Of a stretch of 64,000 nucleotides of DNA, positions 39,622 to 53,062 are shown one piece after another. The notes under the pieces are model-generated. The model was not told the origin of the DNA. It saw only the letters and a program-made list of their open reading frames with translations, and made no database searches. The translations under genes were made by a program, and so were the position numbers. The DNA comes from Felis catus (taxonomy: Eukaryota), in contig NC_058368.1 of the NCBI RefSeq assembly GCF_018350175.1, forward strand, positions 150,414,001 through 150,478,000, given 5' to 3'. Numbering within the stretch: position 1 is the stretch's first letter; every line of letters starts with the position of its first letter.

Positions 39622-40119
39622 TAGTGTCAGCATTGTCTCTGTGTTACAAAAGGGACAAGTGGGACAAAAGGGATTAAATTTCTTTGCCAAGGTGACTGAT
39701 CTTCTGAGAATTTTTTTTTTTTTGTAACTTGTCTTGTTTCTTAGGGTTGGTAATAATATAGTTCCCTCAAAATCTTTGAAATGGCCTTTTCCCACTCTTT
39801 CTGACAAAACTCATTTTAGTGAAAGACCATTCCCTGAGTTATTATCTGAAACCATATGTGAAGGGAAACAGAAGAGTAATTGAAATTTTCTGATTATCAC
39901 TAACAAACTGCTAATTACAATTGGATACCAGGCACTAAAAATTTAGTCAGAATAATCAATTTAAATATATTTTCATGTTGATATGCTTAATAGGAAATGT
40001 GACTCCTGCTTTTGAAAATTAGATTTTAGAACACAATACATTATGTATCTACTTTGTTTTATCATTATTATTTAGAGGAATGATTTCCCTTTCTCTCATA
40101 ATCAAGTGACAAAAAGGAT

Positions 40120-40560
40120 GTTTTCTCAGGTTGGGTATTCTAGAAATGGATTTGAGATGGCTATCTGCCTGTGAGAAATTCATCAGAAAATGTTCTCAGG
40201 AACAATACACGTAAGGAAAAAGGAAAAGCATAACTGGAGAGACTGAAGGGTTGAAATATGAGGCAGTTGCAACAGAGACCTAAGCATTTTTTGTGGTGAT
40301 CTCTAGCTGCAATGGTCCTTCAAAGTTGTCCTAAATTGAGGTAAAGGGATCGAGCCTTTGTACCCTACATGGTCCAATCAAGGGATGAGTGGTGCCATGG
40401 GATTGGAAACAGGGCATAACCATTAGCAAAGTGGCAAAGAGGGAATGTGTGAGCTACAGCAACCAACACTCTCAGCAACTGGAACAAAGCATGCCTTGGC
40501 TCTGATTAGGGGATGGGAGGAATATCCCTGGAGAGGAATTTGGGTAGCAAACCACCTAAT
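40120..40560 (-). mobile_element. LTR16-like ERV-L solo LTR
   Basis: caggttgggtattctagaa...tgagatgg...tctcaggaacaatac...gcagttgcaacagag...ctctcagcaactggaac. Confidence 0.6.
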
Positions 40561-40589
40561 GGTGTTTTGTTTTTTAGCAAAAAACCTAA

Positions 40590-40733
40590 ATTTTTTTAAG
40601 TTTATTGTCAAGTTAGCTAACATACAGTATAGTCATGGCTTCAGGAGTAGATTTCCGTGATTCATCATTTACATACAACACCCAGTGTTGATCTCAACAA
40701 GTGCCCTCCTCAATACCCTTTACCCACTTCCTC
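40590..40733 (-). mobile_element. Short carnivore L1 3' end
   Basis: tttattgtcaagttagctaacatacag...acaacacccagtg...acaagtgccctcctcaat. Confidence 0.88.
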
Positions 40734-40744
40734 CAGCATTTAAA

Positions 40745-40943
40745 ATTTTTTTTTAATGTTTATTTATTTTTGAAGGATAGAGAGACAGACCGTGTGCAGG
40801 GGAAGGGAGAGAGAGAGAGGGAGACACAGAATCCAAAGCAGCTCCAGGCTCCAAGCCCAACACGGGGCTCGAACTCACAAACTGCGAGATCATGACCTGA
40901 GCCAAAGTCCGAGGCTCAGCTGACTGAGCCACCCAGGCGCCCC
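40745..40943 (-). mobile_element. Can-SINE
   Basis: TSD ccagcattttaa. Confidence 0.93.
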
Positions 40944-40954
40944 CAGCATTTTAA

Positions 40955-41119
40955 TTTTTTTAAGTTTATTTATTTATTTTGAGAGTGAGAGCATGAACAA
41001 GCAGGGAAGGGGAAGAGAAAGAGAATCTCATGTGGGACTCAAACCCACAAACTAGAAAACCATGGCCTGAGCCTAAACCAAGAATTGGATGCTTAACTGA
41101 CTGAGCCACCCAGCCACCT
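40955..41119 (-). mobile_element. Can-SINE (older, internally shortened)
   Basis: tgcttaactgactgagccacccag end; poly-T tail. Confidence 0.85.
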
Positions 41120-43390
41120 GTGAACCATAACATTTTTAAACAAGAATCATGGTGGGCTCTAAGCAACCAGTGTTTTCTGATACTAATTTTTTGCTGACTT
41201 ACTTTTATTAAGGTACTCCAAAACCATATCAATTTCTCTAATTACCACAAATCTTGAGATAATTCAATTTAAAAATCAGTTAGAAGTGGGGGAGGAGTCA
41301 AGATGGTGGAGAAGTAGAGGGGGGCAAAAGTTTCCCTCATCCCTCAAACTCAGCCCTACTGAGGTCAGAGCACTTGGAATTCCAGGAATCTGGCTTAGAG
41401 AGTGACAGAAGCATCTCCAGGGGCCCAGAAAAAAACAGCTGTCAGGACAGAGGGTTACTTCAATGAACAAATCAAAGCATACCTGGTGGAAGGTCCCACC
41501 ACTACGAGCAGGGAGATAAAGCAACCAGAGACACAACAAGAGACAGCATGCAACACACTCCAAAAACACTTCCTGATGTGCCAGGCCCTAGACAGTGTAT
41601 GACCCCTTGTTACTATAGTAGTGCTAATAGGTACAGGACATTTAACAAGCTATTAAAACATATAAAAGCCAAAATGATGAAACAAAAGAGTTTTCCTCAA
41701 AAGAAATTCCAGGAAGAAATGACAGCCAGAGAATTGCTCAAAACAGTTATGAACAACATATCTGAGCAAGAATTTAGAATAATAGTCATATGACTAATAG
41801 CTGGGGTTGAGAAAAGCATAGAAGACAGCAGAGAATCTAATGCTGCAGAGAACAAGGAACTAACAAATAGTCATGAAAAATTGAGAAATACTGTAAATGA
41901 GATACAAAATAAACTAGATGCAATGACAACAAGGATAGAGGAAGAAGAGGGGAAATAAATGAAATAGAAAATAAAATTAGGAAAATGATGAAGCTGAGAA
42001 AAAGAGAGATAGGAAAATACTAGATCACAAGGGGATAATTAGAGACCTAAGTGATTCAAATAAACACAATAATATCCATATCATAGGAGTTCCAGAAGAA
42101 GAAGAGACAGAGAAAGGGTCAGTGGGTTTATTTGAACAAATGATAGCTGAGAACTTTCATAATCTGCAGAAGGAAGCAGACATCCAAGTCCAGGAGGCAG
42201 AGAGAACTCCCTTCAGAATAATGAGAACAGGTCAACACCATGATATATCATAGTGAAACTGGAAAAATACAAAGATAAAGAGAGAATTCTGAAAGCAGCT
42301 AGGGACAAATGGCCCCTAACCTACAAGAGTAGACACATACCTTTAGCAGCAGACCTGTCCACTGAAACTTGGCAGGCCAGAAGGGAGTGGCAGGAAATAT
42401 TTAAAGTGCTGAATAGGAAAAATATGCAGCCAAGAATCCTTTATCCAGCAAGGCTGTCATTCAGAATAGGAGAATAAAGCCTTTCTCAAACAAAAACTAA
42501 AGGGGTGCATGACCAATAAATCAGCCCTGAAAAAGATCCTAAGGGAACTCTGTGAGTCAAATGCAAGGAAAACCACAAATGACCAGAGATATCACCACAA
42601 ATACAAAGCCTACAGATAACACAATGACACTAAATCCATCTTTCAATAATCACCCCGAACGTAAATGGACTAAATGCCCCAATCAAAAGACATAGGGTAT
42701 CAGAAGGGATAAAAAACCAAGATCCATCTATATGCTGTCTACAAAATGCTGACTCATTTTTGACCTGAGGGTACCTACAGATTGAAGGTGAGGGGATGGA
42801 GAACCATCTATCATGCTATTGGAAATCAAAAGAAAGCTGGTGTAGTCATAATTATATCAGATAAACTATACTTTAAAATAAAGACTGTAACAAGAGATGA
42901 AGAAGGGCATTATACCATAATTAAGGAGGTTATCCATCAAGAAGAGCTAGCAATTATAAATGTTTATGCCCCAACTTGAAGGAACCCAAATATATAAATG
43001 AATTAATCACAAACATAAGCAAACTTATTGATAATAGTACTGTAATTGTAGGTGACTTTAATACTCCACTAATAGCAACAGACAGATCATCTAGGCAGAA
43101 AATCAATAAACAATAGCCTTGAATGATACACTGGACCACAGACTTGATGGATATATTCAGAACTTTTCATCCAAAAGCAGCAGAATACACATTCTTCTCA
43201 AATGCACATGAAACACTTTTCAAAATAGATCTCACATACTGGATCACAAAACATCCCTCCACAAATATAAAAAGATTGATATCATACCATGTATATTTTC
43301 AGATCATACTGCTATGAAACTTGAAATCAACGACAAGAAAAAGTTTGGAAAGCCTCTAAATGCATGGAGGTTAAAGAACACCCTATTAAA

Positions 43391-43603
43391 GCAAAAATAA
43401 TATAAAAACATGGAGGGGGAACAAAACATAAGAGACTCAAATACAGAGAACAATTAGAGGGTTGCTGGATGGGTTGGGAGAGGTGGGATGGGCTAAATAG
43501 GTAAGGGGCTTACGGAATCTACTCCTGAAATCATCGTTGCACTATGTGCTAACTAACTTGGATGTAAATTATAAAAAATAAATTATAGAAAGTAAAAAAA
43601 AGA
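43391..43603 (+). mobile_element. 5'-truncated L1 3' end nested in L1 ORF2
   Basis: TSD aaagaacacc(c/t)tattaaa at 43373-43390 and 43604-43621. Confidence 0.93.
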
Positions 43604-44035
43604 AAAGAACACCTTATTAAAAAATTAATGGGTCAACCAGGAAATTAAAGAAGAAATTTTAAAACACATGGAAGCAAATGAAAATGAAAATACAATAGTG
43701 AAAAACGTTTGGGATGCAGTAAAGACAATCCTAAAAGGAAAATACATTGCAGTCCAGGCCTATCTCAAGAAGCAAGAAAGATCCCAAATCCGGAACCTAA
43801 CCTCACACCTAAAGGAACTAAAAGCAGAGCAGCAAAGAAACCCCAAAGCCAGCAGAAGAAGAAAAGTAATAAAGATTAGAGCAGAAATAAAAAAATATAG
43901 AATCCAAAAAACAGTAGAACAAATCAATAAATCTAAGAGCTGGTTTTTTAAAAGAATAAACAAAATTGATAAACCCTTAGCCAAACTTCTCAAAGAGAAA
44001 AAGAACCCAAATAAAGTCACAAATGAAAGAGGAGA

Positions 44036-44265
44036 GGGGTGCCAGGGTGGCTCAGTCGGTAAAGCGTCTGACTTCAGGTCAGGTCATGATCTCACAGCCC
44101 ATGGGTTCAGGCCCCGCGTCAGGCTCTATGCTGAAGGCTCAGAGACTGGAGCCTGCTTTGGATTCTGTGTCTCCCTCTCTCTCTGCCCCTCCCCCACTCA
44201 CACTCTGACTCTATCAAAAAATAAATAAACATTAAAAAAAAGTTTTTAAAAATACTTAAAAAAAA
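44036..44265 (+). mobile_element. Can-SINE nested in L1 ORF2
   Basis: TSD acaaatgaaagaggaga. Confidence 0.95.
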
Positions 44266-47200
44266 ACAAATGAAAGAGGAGAAATCACAACCAACACCAC
44301 AGAAATACAAACAATTATTAGAGAATAATATAAAAAATTATATGCCAACAAACTGGGCAATCTGGAAGAAATGGAAAAATTCCTAGATACGCACATGCTA
44401 CCAAAACTCAAACAGGAACAAATTAAAAAATTTGAACAGATCCATAGCCAGTGGAGATATTGAATTGGTTAACAAAAATCTCCCAACAAATAAGAGTCCT
44501 GGGCCAGATGACTTCCCAGGAGAATTCTACCAGACATTTAAAACAGAGTTAATACCTATTCTTCTCAAGCTGTTCCAAAAAATAAGAATGGAAGGAAAGC
44601 TTCCAGACTCATTTTATGAAGCCAACATTGCCTTCATTCCCAAACCACACAAAGACCCCACTGAAAAGGAGAATTACAGGCCAAGATCCCTGATGAACGT
44701 GGATGTAAAAATTCGCAGCAAGATACCAGCAAATCAAATTCAACAGTATATTAAAAGAATTATTCACCATGATTTAGTGGGATCCATTCCTGGGCTGCAG
44801 GGCTGGTTCAATATCCACAAATTAATCAATGTGACACATCACGTTAATAGAAGAAAGGATAAGAATCATATGATCCTGTCAAAAGATGAAGAAAAAGCAT
44901 TTGACAAAATACAACATCATTTCTTAATAAAAACCCTCAAGAAACTCAGGATAGAAGGAACATATCTTAGCATCATAAAAGCCATATATGAAAGGCCCAC
45001 AGCTAATATCATCCTCAATGGGGAAAAACTGAGAGCTTTCCCCCTGAAATCAGGAACACAACAGGAATGTCAACTCTCACCATAATATTGGAAGTCTTAG
45101 TCTCATCAATCAGACAACAAAATGAAATAAAAGACATCCAAATTGGCAAAGAAGTCAAATTTTCACTTTTCACAGAGACCTGATACTTACATGGAAAACC
45201 TGAAAGATTCCACCAAAAGACTGCTAGAACTGACACACAAATTCAGCAAAGTCACATGATATAAAACCAATGCACAGAAATCAGTTGTATTTCTATACAC
45301 CAATAATGAAGCAACAGAAAGAGAGACCAAGAAATCGATCCCATTTACAATGGCACCAAGAACCATAAAATAGCTAGGAATAAACCTAACCAAAGATGTA
45401 AAAGATCTGTAGGCTGAAAACTATAGAAAACTTATAAAAGAAATTGAAGAAGACACAAAGAAATGGAAAAACATTCCATGCTCATGGATCGGAAGAACAA
45501 ATATTGTTAAAATGTCAATACTACCCAAAGAAATCTACACATTCAATGCAATCCTAACAAAAATGGCACCAGCATTCTTCTCAGAGCTAGAACAAACATT
45601 CTTAAAATTTGTATGGAACCACAAAAAATCTCAAATAGTCAAAGTAATGTTGAAAAGAAAAAGTGAGGCTAAAACACACTTTAGCCTCTCCTACAAAACT
45701 GTAATCATCAAGACAGTATGACATTGGCACAAGAACAGATTTGCAGACCAATGGAATAGAACAGAGAAACCAGAATTGGACCACAAATGTATGGCCAACT
45801 AATCTTTGACAAAGCAGGAAGTATCCAATGGAAAAAAAAGACAGTCTCTTTAGTAGATGGTACAGGGAGACCTGAACAGCAAGAATAAAACTGGACCAGT
45901 TTCTTACACCATACACAAAAATAAACTCAAAATGGATGAAAGACCTAAATGTGAGACAGGAAACCATCAAAATCCTAGAGGAAAAGCAGTGCAACAACCT
46001 CTTTGACCTCAGCTGCAGTGGCCTCTTACTTGACACCTCTCTGAAGGCAAGGGAAATAAAAGCAAAAATGAACTATTGGGACGTCATCAAGAAAAAAGGT
46101 TCCGTACAGCAAAGGAAACAATCGACAAAGCTAAAAGGCAACCAACAGAATGGGAGGAAATATTTGCAAATGACATATCAGATAAAGGGTTAGTGTCCAA
46201 AATCTGTAAAGAACTTACCACCTGAAACTCAACACCTGAAAAACAAATAATCCAGTGAATAAAGGAGCAGCACACATGAATAGACATTTTTCCGAAGAAG
46301 ACACCCAGATGGCTAACAGACACATTAAAAGATGCTCAACATCATTCATCATTAAGGAAATACAAATCAAAACCACACTGAGATACCACCTCACACCAGT
46401 TACAGTGGCTAAAATTAACAACTCAGGAAACACAGATGTTGGTCAGGATGTGGAGAAAAGGGAACCCTCTTGCACTATTGGTGGGAATGCAAACTGGTGC
46501 AGCTGCTCTGGAAAACAGTGTGGAAGTTCCTCAAAAAATTAAAAATAGACCTACCCTATGATCCAGCAATAGCACTGCTAGGAATTTACCCAAGGGATAC
46601 AGGAGTGAGTGCTGATTCATAGGGGCACATATACTCCAATGTTTATAGCAGCACTTCACTAATAGCCAAATTATGGAAAGAGCCTAAATGTCCATCAAAT
46701 GATTAATGGATAAATAAGATGTGGTTTATATATACAATGGAATACTATTTGGCAATGAGAAAGAATGAAATCTTGCCATTTGCAGCAACATGGATGGAAC
46801 TGGAAGGTATTATGCTAACTGAAATAAGTCAGAGAAAGACAGATATCATATGTTCTCACTCATATGTGGAATTTGAGAAACTTAACAGAAGACCAAGGGG
46901 GAAGGGTAGGGGAAAAAAAATAGTTACAGAAATGGAGTCAAATCATAAGAGACTCTTAAATACAGAGAACAAACTGAGGGTTGATGGGGGGAGGGGTAAA
47001 TGGGTGATGGGCATTGAGGAGGGCACTTGTTGGAATGAGCACTGGGTGTTGTACATAAATAATAAATTATGGCAATCCACTCCAGAAGCCAAGAGCACAC
47101 TGTACACTCTATATGTTAGCTAACTTGACAATAAATTATATTAAAAATAAATAAAATATAATAAAATAAAATAAAAATTAGAGAAGAAAAAAGATCAGAA

Positions 47201-47286
47201 ATTTAGAAATTATTTTTTTGGATTAAGTCACTTTTTTCATAAATAAGAACACTCATTTTTAAGAATAGTACTAAAACAAAATGACA

Positions 47287-47403
47287 GGGATGTCTAGCTG
47301 GCTGCGTCAGTAGAGCATGCAACTCATGATCTCTGGGTGATGAGTTCGATGCCCACATTGGGGGTAGAGGTTACTTTTTAAATTAAAAATAAAAAAAATA
47401 AAA
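47287..47403 (+). mobile_element. Short tRNA-like Can-SINE
   Basis: ctggctgcgtcagtagagcatgcaactc...gagttcgatgcccacattgggggtagag. Confidence 0.85.
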
Positions 47404-48248
47404 ATTCCCAATGTTTATAGCAGCATTATCTACAATAGAAAAATTATGGAAAGAGCCCAAATGTCCAACAACTGATGAATGGATAAAGGAAAGATGGTAC
47501 ATGTATATACAATGAAATATTACTCAGCTATAAAAAACAAGAACTAAATGTTGCCATTTGCAATGGCCTGCAAAGAGCTTGAGAGTATTAAGCTAAGTGA
47601 AATAATTTAGTCAGAGAAAGATAAATACCATATGATTTTACGTATATGTGGAACTTAAGAAACAAATGATCATAGGGAAAAAAAGAGAGAGAGAAGCAAA
47701 CCAAAAAACAGACTCTTGGTTTTTTTGTTTTTTTAATTTTTGAGAGACAGAGACAGAAACAGAGTGAGAGAATGGGAGGGGCAGAGAGAGAAGGAGACAC
47801 AGAATCCAAAACAGGCTCCAGGCTCTGAACTGTCAGCACAGAACCCAACATGGGACTCAACCTCATGAACCGTGAGATCATGATCTGAGCTGAAGTCAGA
47901 TGCTTAAATGACTGAGCCACCAATGCACCCCAAGCAATTTCTTAACTATAGAGAACAAAGTGATAGTTACCAGAGGAGAGGTGGTCAGGGAGGATGGGTG
48001 ATGGGAATTAAGGAGGGCACTTGCTGTGATGAGCACAGTGTTGTATGGAAGTATTAAATTACCATATTGTACACCTGAAACTGATATTACACTGTAGGTT
48101 AACTGGAATTCATATAAAAACTTTTAAAATAATAAAATAAAAATTAAAAAAAAATAAAATAAAAATAAAATTAAATTAAAAAATTAAAAAAATAATAAAA
48201 TAAAAATAATAAAATAAAAATAAAATAAAAAATAAAAATAAATATTTA
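47404..48248 (+). mobile_element. 5'-truncated carnivore L1 3' end with long A-rich tail
   Basis: cccaatgtttatagcagcatt...gtacacctgaaactgatattacactg...(TAAAA)n. Confidence 0.92.
47719..47931 (-). mobile_element. Can-SINE nested in L1 3' UTR
   Basis: Full body in reverse orientation. Confidence 0.92.
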
Positions 48249-48308
48249 AAAATGACATGAATCAGAGAAAAACTTTAAGAATGCTAAAGCACCACTGTCC
48301 ATGACATC

Positions 48309-48752
48309 TGTAGCAAATGCTGTGGTGTACTGCCAAGATCCCCATGCAGGACCCTGACATTTATTTCCCTACTGGCCAGATGTTGGCTGATGACTGCTTA
48401 CAGTCAGTTTCCTTCTGTAAATGGCCTATGATAGAAGGAAACCACCTGCCCTAAGTTTCACTCCGTCTTTAAGGGTAACCTTCATTTAGTGACTGGTTTA
48501 TGTGGGAATACAAATATTTGGCCTCCCTGTCTCAAACTGGGACAGCTCTTAGAGCCATCCCAGCTCTAGAGCCCCTCATATGATTAGCTGAGGACTTTCT
48601 TCTAACTGCATCACAATTCAATCTCTCCTTTTGCCCAATACTGCTTCCTTTACTCCTTTACCTATCTCATGCCCAAGAACACTGCCCCATACACTTCCTG
48701 AATACACAAGTCTATCTCAACATCTTGTTTCCAGGGAATTTTATCTGAGACC
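48309..48752 (+). mobile_element. LTR16-like 5' LTR of an ERV-L class provirus
   Basis: tgtagc..tgctgtgg...agatcccc...gggacagctct..agccatcccagctc...ctatctca...tgtttccagggaa; followed directly by internal sequence. Confidence 0.7.
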
Positions 48753-50469
48753 ATACCAAGAGCAATCCTAGGAAGCAGAATCTAGAAAAAAATTCTGTAA
48801 CTCGATCACCCATTGGCCAGCTAGCTGGTAACGTGGACCCTGTCACTGGGCCTAGGTAGATTACTGATAGTCTCCGGGATGCTATAGCAGTTCCATTATT
48901 ATAACTCTCAGTAATCACAAACTGGTGGAAGGGAATGCATTGGTATAAGCAGTATCTCGGGTATTTGAGAAGTCTGGAGGATTGAGCAATGGCAATTATA
49001 ATGAAAGGCTAAAGATAACTAATCATTGGTTTAAGGCAAAATGTGAAAGCCAGAGGGCCTCCTTAGCAGCATACAATGGGGCTCTACATTTTTGCAGCCA
49101 AAGGGCAGGAAAAGCTGAGTGGCAAACACAATATTTAATTGTGATACGGAATATTTCCAGAAAATGCTGTATTTCTCAGCCTCAATAGGTCTGCTGTTTC
49201 AAGTTCAGGACTCTGATGAGGAAGGAATAGAACCATGAAACATGGGAGGGGAACATTTGGGTTGATGCACTCAAAAATTTAGAATCCTTAAGTTTCACTG
49301 AAACCTCTGAACCTGTGTATGGAACTAGTATTCCATCCTTCCTTGCAGATGATGCAGGGCCTTTGCCTTGAAAAAGAATAGGTGTTCTCCTCAGGATCAA
49401 CCCCCACTTCCTTCCCTAGCTACCAAACCCATTGTTAGGGTGAAGACATGACATACACTGGCCAAGAAAGTTCTGGGTCTATTGAGGGAGAAAAAGCAAA
49501 ATATACTGAAGAAATTACAGGACCTAGAAAATACTTACCAGTAGGAGCCAGGAAAGTAGGACTAGACCCTGATGGTGCTGGATCAAGGATGTATAAAGCA
49601 TACATTTGCATAAGGGAAAATCTGTTGATGTGGAAATATTCTCCCATGACACAGGAGTTAACACCTTGGTAAGGACCTGGTAACAATCCAAACATGCTCC
49701 TGTATGACTCTTGAAAGTCTAAAAAAGCTATGATCCACGCAAAGTGAAGTAGAAATGACAGATGTGGAAGAAAGGATGAACGAGTTCAGGGAAATGGGCA
49801 TTCTACAGTACATGGACTACATATGGTTGGAAACCCATCAGTGGACTACATTCTATGGGAGAGCTTAGAGAACATATTAAGGAATGTACTGGCTGAAAGG
49901 TACCAGAATCATTGATAAACTCAGTGGTGGCTCATCTCTATAGGCCCAGGCTAATGGTAGGAGATGCTATTACAGAAAGCAGTAGACATGATAGAGTATA
50001 GTAGGGATAATAAGAATAGAAATGGAGGCCAAAGAGTAATGATGCTGAACCATCAGAAGCAAGCTAGGGGCTATTATCATTATGAGTGGGTAATTGCTCA
50101 CCAGTAGCTATGGAGATGATTCAAAGAGGATAGGATTCCTAAGGGGAAAAGATGGACAGCCAACAAGTATATTTCTTAATTTATACAACAGAAAGAAATC
50201 AAGGATGGATAATTAAGAGGTTTAAGGCAGGTGCCCCTGTAAAAAGCCCACTTTGCAAACCTGATCTTGTTCTTATACCTAAAATCCAGTGACTGAAAGA
50301 GTTAGTGAGTCCCTAGGAAAAAGAACTTTGCAACAACACAGCAAATATATATGGTAGTTCTTGCTTAAAAGGGCCTATAGCCATTTACTCAGATAACCAT
50401 AAAGTTGATAAAGACAAACACAATACTTTTTGAGGTCTCTTGAATGCTGGATCTAAAATAACATTAACA
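48753..50469 (+). mobile_element. ERV-L class internal region (gag to start of protease), degenerate
   Basis: gaaacatgggaggggaacatttgggttgat gag-like motif; 50434-50469 translates GLLNAGSKITLT, the degenerate aspartyl protease GLLDTGS motif. Confidence 0.75.
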
Positions 50470-51960
50470 AGAAGAGGTAATACTTATTCTTCTCAAACTA
50501 TTCCAAAAAATAGGAGAGGAAGGAAAACTTGCAAACTCATTCTATGAGGACTGCCTTACCCTGATATCAAAAAACAAATATTACAAAAAAAGAACTACAG
50601 GCTGATATCTCTGATTAGCACAGATGCAAAAATCCTCAACAAAACATTAGCAAATGGAATTCAATAATACATTGAAAAAATCATATTTTATAATTTTATA
50701 AATATTATAAATATTTTATAATTTTATAATTTTATAAATTATATTTATTCCCAATTTACTCAATATTTGCAAATCAATCAACATGGCACATGACATCAAT
50801 GAGAGAAAGGATAAAAATCATAATAATTTAAACAGATTCAGAAAAAGCATGTGACAAAGTACAACATCCATTCATGATAAAAACTCTCAATAAAGTAAGT
50901 TTAGAAGGAATACACCTCAATATAATAAAGCCCATATATGAAAAATCTACAGCTAACATCATACTCAATGCTGAAAAACTGAGAGCTTTTCTGCTAAGGT
51001 CAGGAACAGGACAAAGATGTCTACTCTTACCATTTTTATTCACATTATACTGGAAGTCCTCACCACAGAAATTAGACAAAAAAATAATAATAAAAGGCAT
51101 CCAAATTGGTAAGGAAGAAGTAAAACTTTCACTATTTGCAAATGATAATAGTATACATAGAAAACCCTAAAGGCCCCACTAAAAAACTACTAGAACTGAT
51201 CAATGAATTCAGTAAGGTCATAGGATACAAAATCAATGTATAGAATTCACTGCATATCTATACAATAAAAATAAAACAGCAGAAAAAGAAATTAAGAAAA
51301 CAATCCCATTTCCAAAAAAAAGTAAAAATAAAACAATCCCATTTATAATTGCACCAAAAATAACAAAATAGCTAGGAATAAACAACCAAGAAGGTGAAAG
51401 ACCTATATTCTGAAAACTATAAAATAACGATGAAAGAAACTGAAGACAACACTAACAAATGGAAAGATATTCCATGCTCATCAATTGGAAGAATAAATAT
51501 TGTTAAAATGTCCATACCACCCAAAGCAATTGATACATTTAATGCAATCCTTACCAAAACGCTAAGAGTATTTTTCACAGAATTAGAACAAACAATTCTA
51601 AAATGTGTATGGAACCACAGAAGACCCTAAACATTCAAAGCAATTCTGAAAAAGAAAAAAAATCTGGAGGTATCACAATTCCAGATTTCAAGTTATACTA
51701 CAAACTGTAGTAATCAAAACAGTATGGTACTGGCACAAAAATAGATACATCGATCAATAGAACAGGATACAAAGCCCAGAAACAAATTCACATTTATATG
51801 ATCAATTAATCTTCAACAAAGGGGCAAAAATATGCAATGGGAAAAAGACATTCAACACATATGTTGGGAAAACTAGTCAGCTATATGCAAAAGAATGAAG
51901 CTAGACCACTTTCTTATGTCAAACACAAAAGTAAACTCAAAATAAAGACCTAAATGTGAG

Positions 51961-52174
51961 GGGCGCCTGGGCGGCATCTGACTTTGGCTCATGTCATGAT
52001 CTTACGGTTTGTGAGTTCAAGCCCCACATATGAGCTGTGCTGATAGCTCAAAGCCTAGAGCCTGCTTCAGATTCTGTGTCTCCCTCTCTTTCTGCCTGTT
52101 GCCCACTCACACTCTGTCTCTCTCTCTCTCTCTTTCAAAAATAAATAATAAACATTAACAAAAAAAATTTTTTA
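51961..52174 (+). mobile_element. Can-SINE nested in L1
   Basis: TSD aagacctaaatgtgag. Confidence 0.94.
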
Positions 52175-52836
52175 AGACCTAAATGTGAGACCTGAAACCA
52201 TAAAAATCCTAGAAGAGAGCACAGTCAGTAATTTCTCTGACATCAGCTGCAGCAACATTTTTCTAGACACATCACTGCAGGCAAAGGAAACTAAAGCAAA
52301 TATTAAACTATTGGGAATACATCAAAATAAAAAGCTTCTGCGCAGTGAGGGAAACAATCAACAAAACTGAAAGACAACCTAGTGAAAAGGAAAAGATATT
52401 TCCAAATGACATATCTGATAAAGAGTTAGTATCCAAAATATATAAAGAATTTATATAACTCATCACCTCAAAAACAAATAATCCAATTAAAATGAACAAA
52501 AGACACGGACAGACATTTCCCCAAAGAAGACATTCAGATAACCAACAGACACATGAAAAGATGTTCAACAATACTCATCATCAGAGAAATGCAAATCAAA
52601 ACTACAATGATATATCACCTCATACCAGTCAGAATGGCTAAAATCAAAAACACAAGAAACAACAAGTGTTGGTGAGAATGTGGAGAAAAAGGAACCCTGG
52701 CTGATGGTGGGAATGCAAACTGGTGTAGCTTCTGTAGAAAACAATACAGAGGTTTCTCAAAATATTAAAAACAGAACTTCCTTATGATCCAGAAATCACA
52801 ATGCTGGGCATTTACCCAAAGAATACAAGAACACTT

Positions 52837-53062
52837 GGGGCATCTGGGTGGCTCAGTCAGTTAAGTGTCCAACTTCGGCTCAGGTCATGATCTCACAGTT
52901 CATGGGTTTGAGCCCTGCATTGGGCTCTGTGCTGACCGCTCCGAGCCTGGAGCCTGCATTGGATTCTATGTCTTCCTCTCTCTCTGCCCTTCCTTTGCGC
53001 TCTCTCTCTCTCTCTCTCTCTCCCTCTCAAAAATTAATAAACACTGAAAAAAAATTCTTTAA
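52837..53062 (+). mobile_element. Can-SINE nested in L1
   Basis: TSD aatacaagaacact. Confidence 0.94.

Larger units (their letters stand above)
41288..47190 (+). mobile_element. Near full-length older carnivore LINE-1 (inactive) with short 5' UTR and nested insertions
   Basis: Starts ggggaggagtcaagatgg. ORF1 ATG at 41674 (KERILKAAR, PRILYPARLSF). ORF2 ATG at 42624 with many frameshifts ([23 protein letters not shown]). 3' UTR and (TAAAA)n tail. Confidence 0.96.

Noticed and set aside
44432..45085. 217-aa ORF as a functional reverse transcriptase or retron-like gene
   Set aside because: It is a fragment of a multiply frameshifted L1 ORF2.
47287..47375. Functional tRNA gene
   Set aside because: It is a diverged tRNA-derived SINE head with an A-tail rather than an intact cloverleaf.
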